A DNA stretch of 61,704 bases from Carcharhinus longimanus. Lineage: Eukaryota. The notes under the pieces were generated by a model, which ran no database searches, was not told where the DNA came from, and saw only the letters and a program-made list of their open reading frames with translations. The position numbers and the translations under genes are program-made. Below are positions 60,361 to 61,704 of the stretch, in pieces (position 1 is the stretch's first letter; each line of letters starts with the position of its first letter). The DNA lies in NCBI GenBank assembly GCA_030264375.1, contig JASCQW010000119.1, forward strand, positions 6,700,277-6,761,980, read 5' to 3'.

Positions 60361-61704
60361 GATAATAGATGAAAATATTAAGTTTATTCGATTACCTCAT
60401 CCTGCTGCTTGAAGCTATCTGACCTTAATTTTAAAATATACTCATCAACTGAGAGGCGGATAAAGTTGTGCATGGTAATGTTACAGAGGGATCCATTAGC
60501 GTAGAAAAGCATCATTTGATTGGAATTAGGGCACTTGTGACAGATACTTTTTGAATACGATGCAAAGAAGATATGTTAAATAATACTGCAGGCCCTGATA
60601 CTGGCATAACTGTAAGATAACGGAATCGGATAAATCAGGGGAAATATCTGCCTCAGATTTATGCGAAAGAAGAACATCAGAATAAAGTGTGAATTGCGCA
60701 ATGGGGGAGGCCAAGATTTGGCCATGTACATACTGAAATAGATCGCATTGTGGGAGTGATGTTCTACATTTGGTCAACTCACAGTGAACTGCAAAATTTG
60801 GAGATATGCCACTACACTCGCTTTATCATTCGGTTACATTGGCCTTCATTGGAACATTGTAAGATGGGGAAGCCAGATATTTAGACACAACAATATGTTC
60901 AATCTGAGGAGCATCATGTGCACATCGACTGCGACCACTTTTCCTACGTATAAAAATATTGACAGATCTGTTCATTTTTTTTTATATGCTTCCTGTGTTA
61001 CTTTATTCGAAAAACGTGAACTCTGCACCCGTTATTCAGGTATACAATACATTATGCATGAACTTTTATTAGAAAGTATCAATTAAATTCGCTTTGGACT
61101 CTAGCAAGATTGATCAAATGAAACAGTTAACAAATTGTTTAACGAAATGTTCTGACTCAATTACATGTTGTGTATTGCAAAATTACACAACGAAGAAACG
61201 TTCCTCTGAAAGTGAGCCTGCGCTTTGAAGCCATTCATGTATGCCTACATTTTGCTCTCACCCTGTTTCTGACTTCAATAAGTGAAAAAAATATTCCCAG
61301 TTTTTTTTTCCTTTGAAATTGGCATTGTTGAGACTTTTCTTTTCATACTTCCTGATTACAGAAATCCATTCGCTTTAGGTTTCTCGATTTGCCTTTTCTC
61401 CACTTTAAGTTGGCTGGCCCGTGCAAGGTGCATATTTGGAACTCTTCTTGTTTCTTGCTGACTTATTTCCGAATAAGCGCCAGTATATGATATTTTATGT
61501 TATCAAAAACATTTCAGGTAGCGTTTAAGTGCAACCAGACGAAAGACTTCGAGGTGCCTTTGTGTTACATTAATTCAAAATATATATTTGATCATTCATT
61601 AACACAGACGCGGAAGCAGACGCATAAAAAAAAATATCCTATTCCTAAGGCATGACTAACAGTTACATTAGTGAAAAGATCTGAGATAATCTGTCATGTC
61701 ACTG

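Noticed and set aside
1-61704. Ig/TCR V(D)J segments, B30.2 or Ig exons, CRISPR arrays, rRNA or true tRNA genes
   Set aside because: I looked for these because of the shark origin and the butyrophilin-like exon sizes, and saw none; the tRNA-like boxes belong to SINE heads.

Overview
Eukaryotic, AT-rich draft-assembly sequence with N gaps. It is most likely from a cartilaginous fish (shark), inferred from HE1-type tRNA-derived SINEs, HER1/CR1 LINEs and Rex1-like LINEs with (AAATC)n tails. None of the supplied ORFs is a real host gene; they are transposon remnants, gap read-through or chance. A large share of the window is decayed CR1, Rex1-like, SINE, Gypsy/LTR and Penelope-like sequence, including nested insertions. 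The main signal, invisible to the ORF track, is a minus-strand gene built almost entirely of symmetric phase-1 microexons spread over about 57 kb. I found by eye at least 19 exons with canonical AG/GT sites (twelve of 27 nt, four of 36 nt, one of 24 nt, two of 18 nt), plus several decayed exon copies and a candidate last exon encoding a hydrophobic C-terminal tail. A 27-nt exon plus a 36-nt exon gives 21 aa, or three heptads, and adjacent exons join into a continuous coiled-coil register with Cys at core 'd' positions. I cannot name the gene. Its 5' end probably lies beyond the right edge. Repeat boundaries are approximate, and the exon list is manual and probably incomplete.
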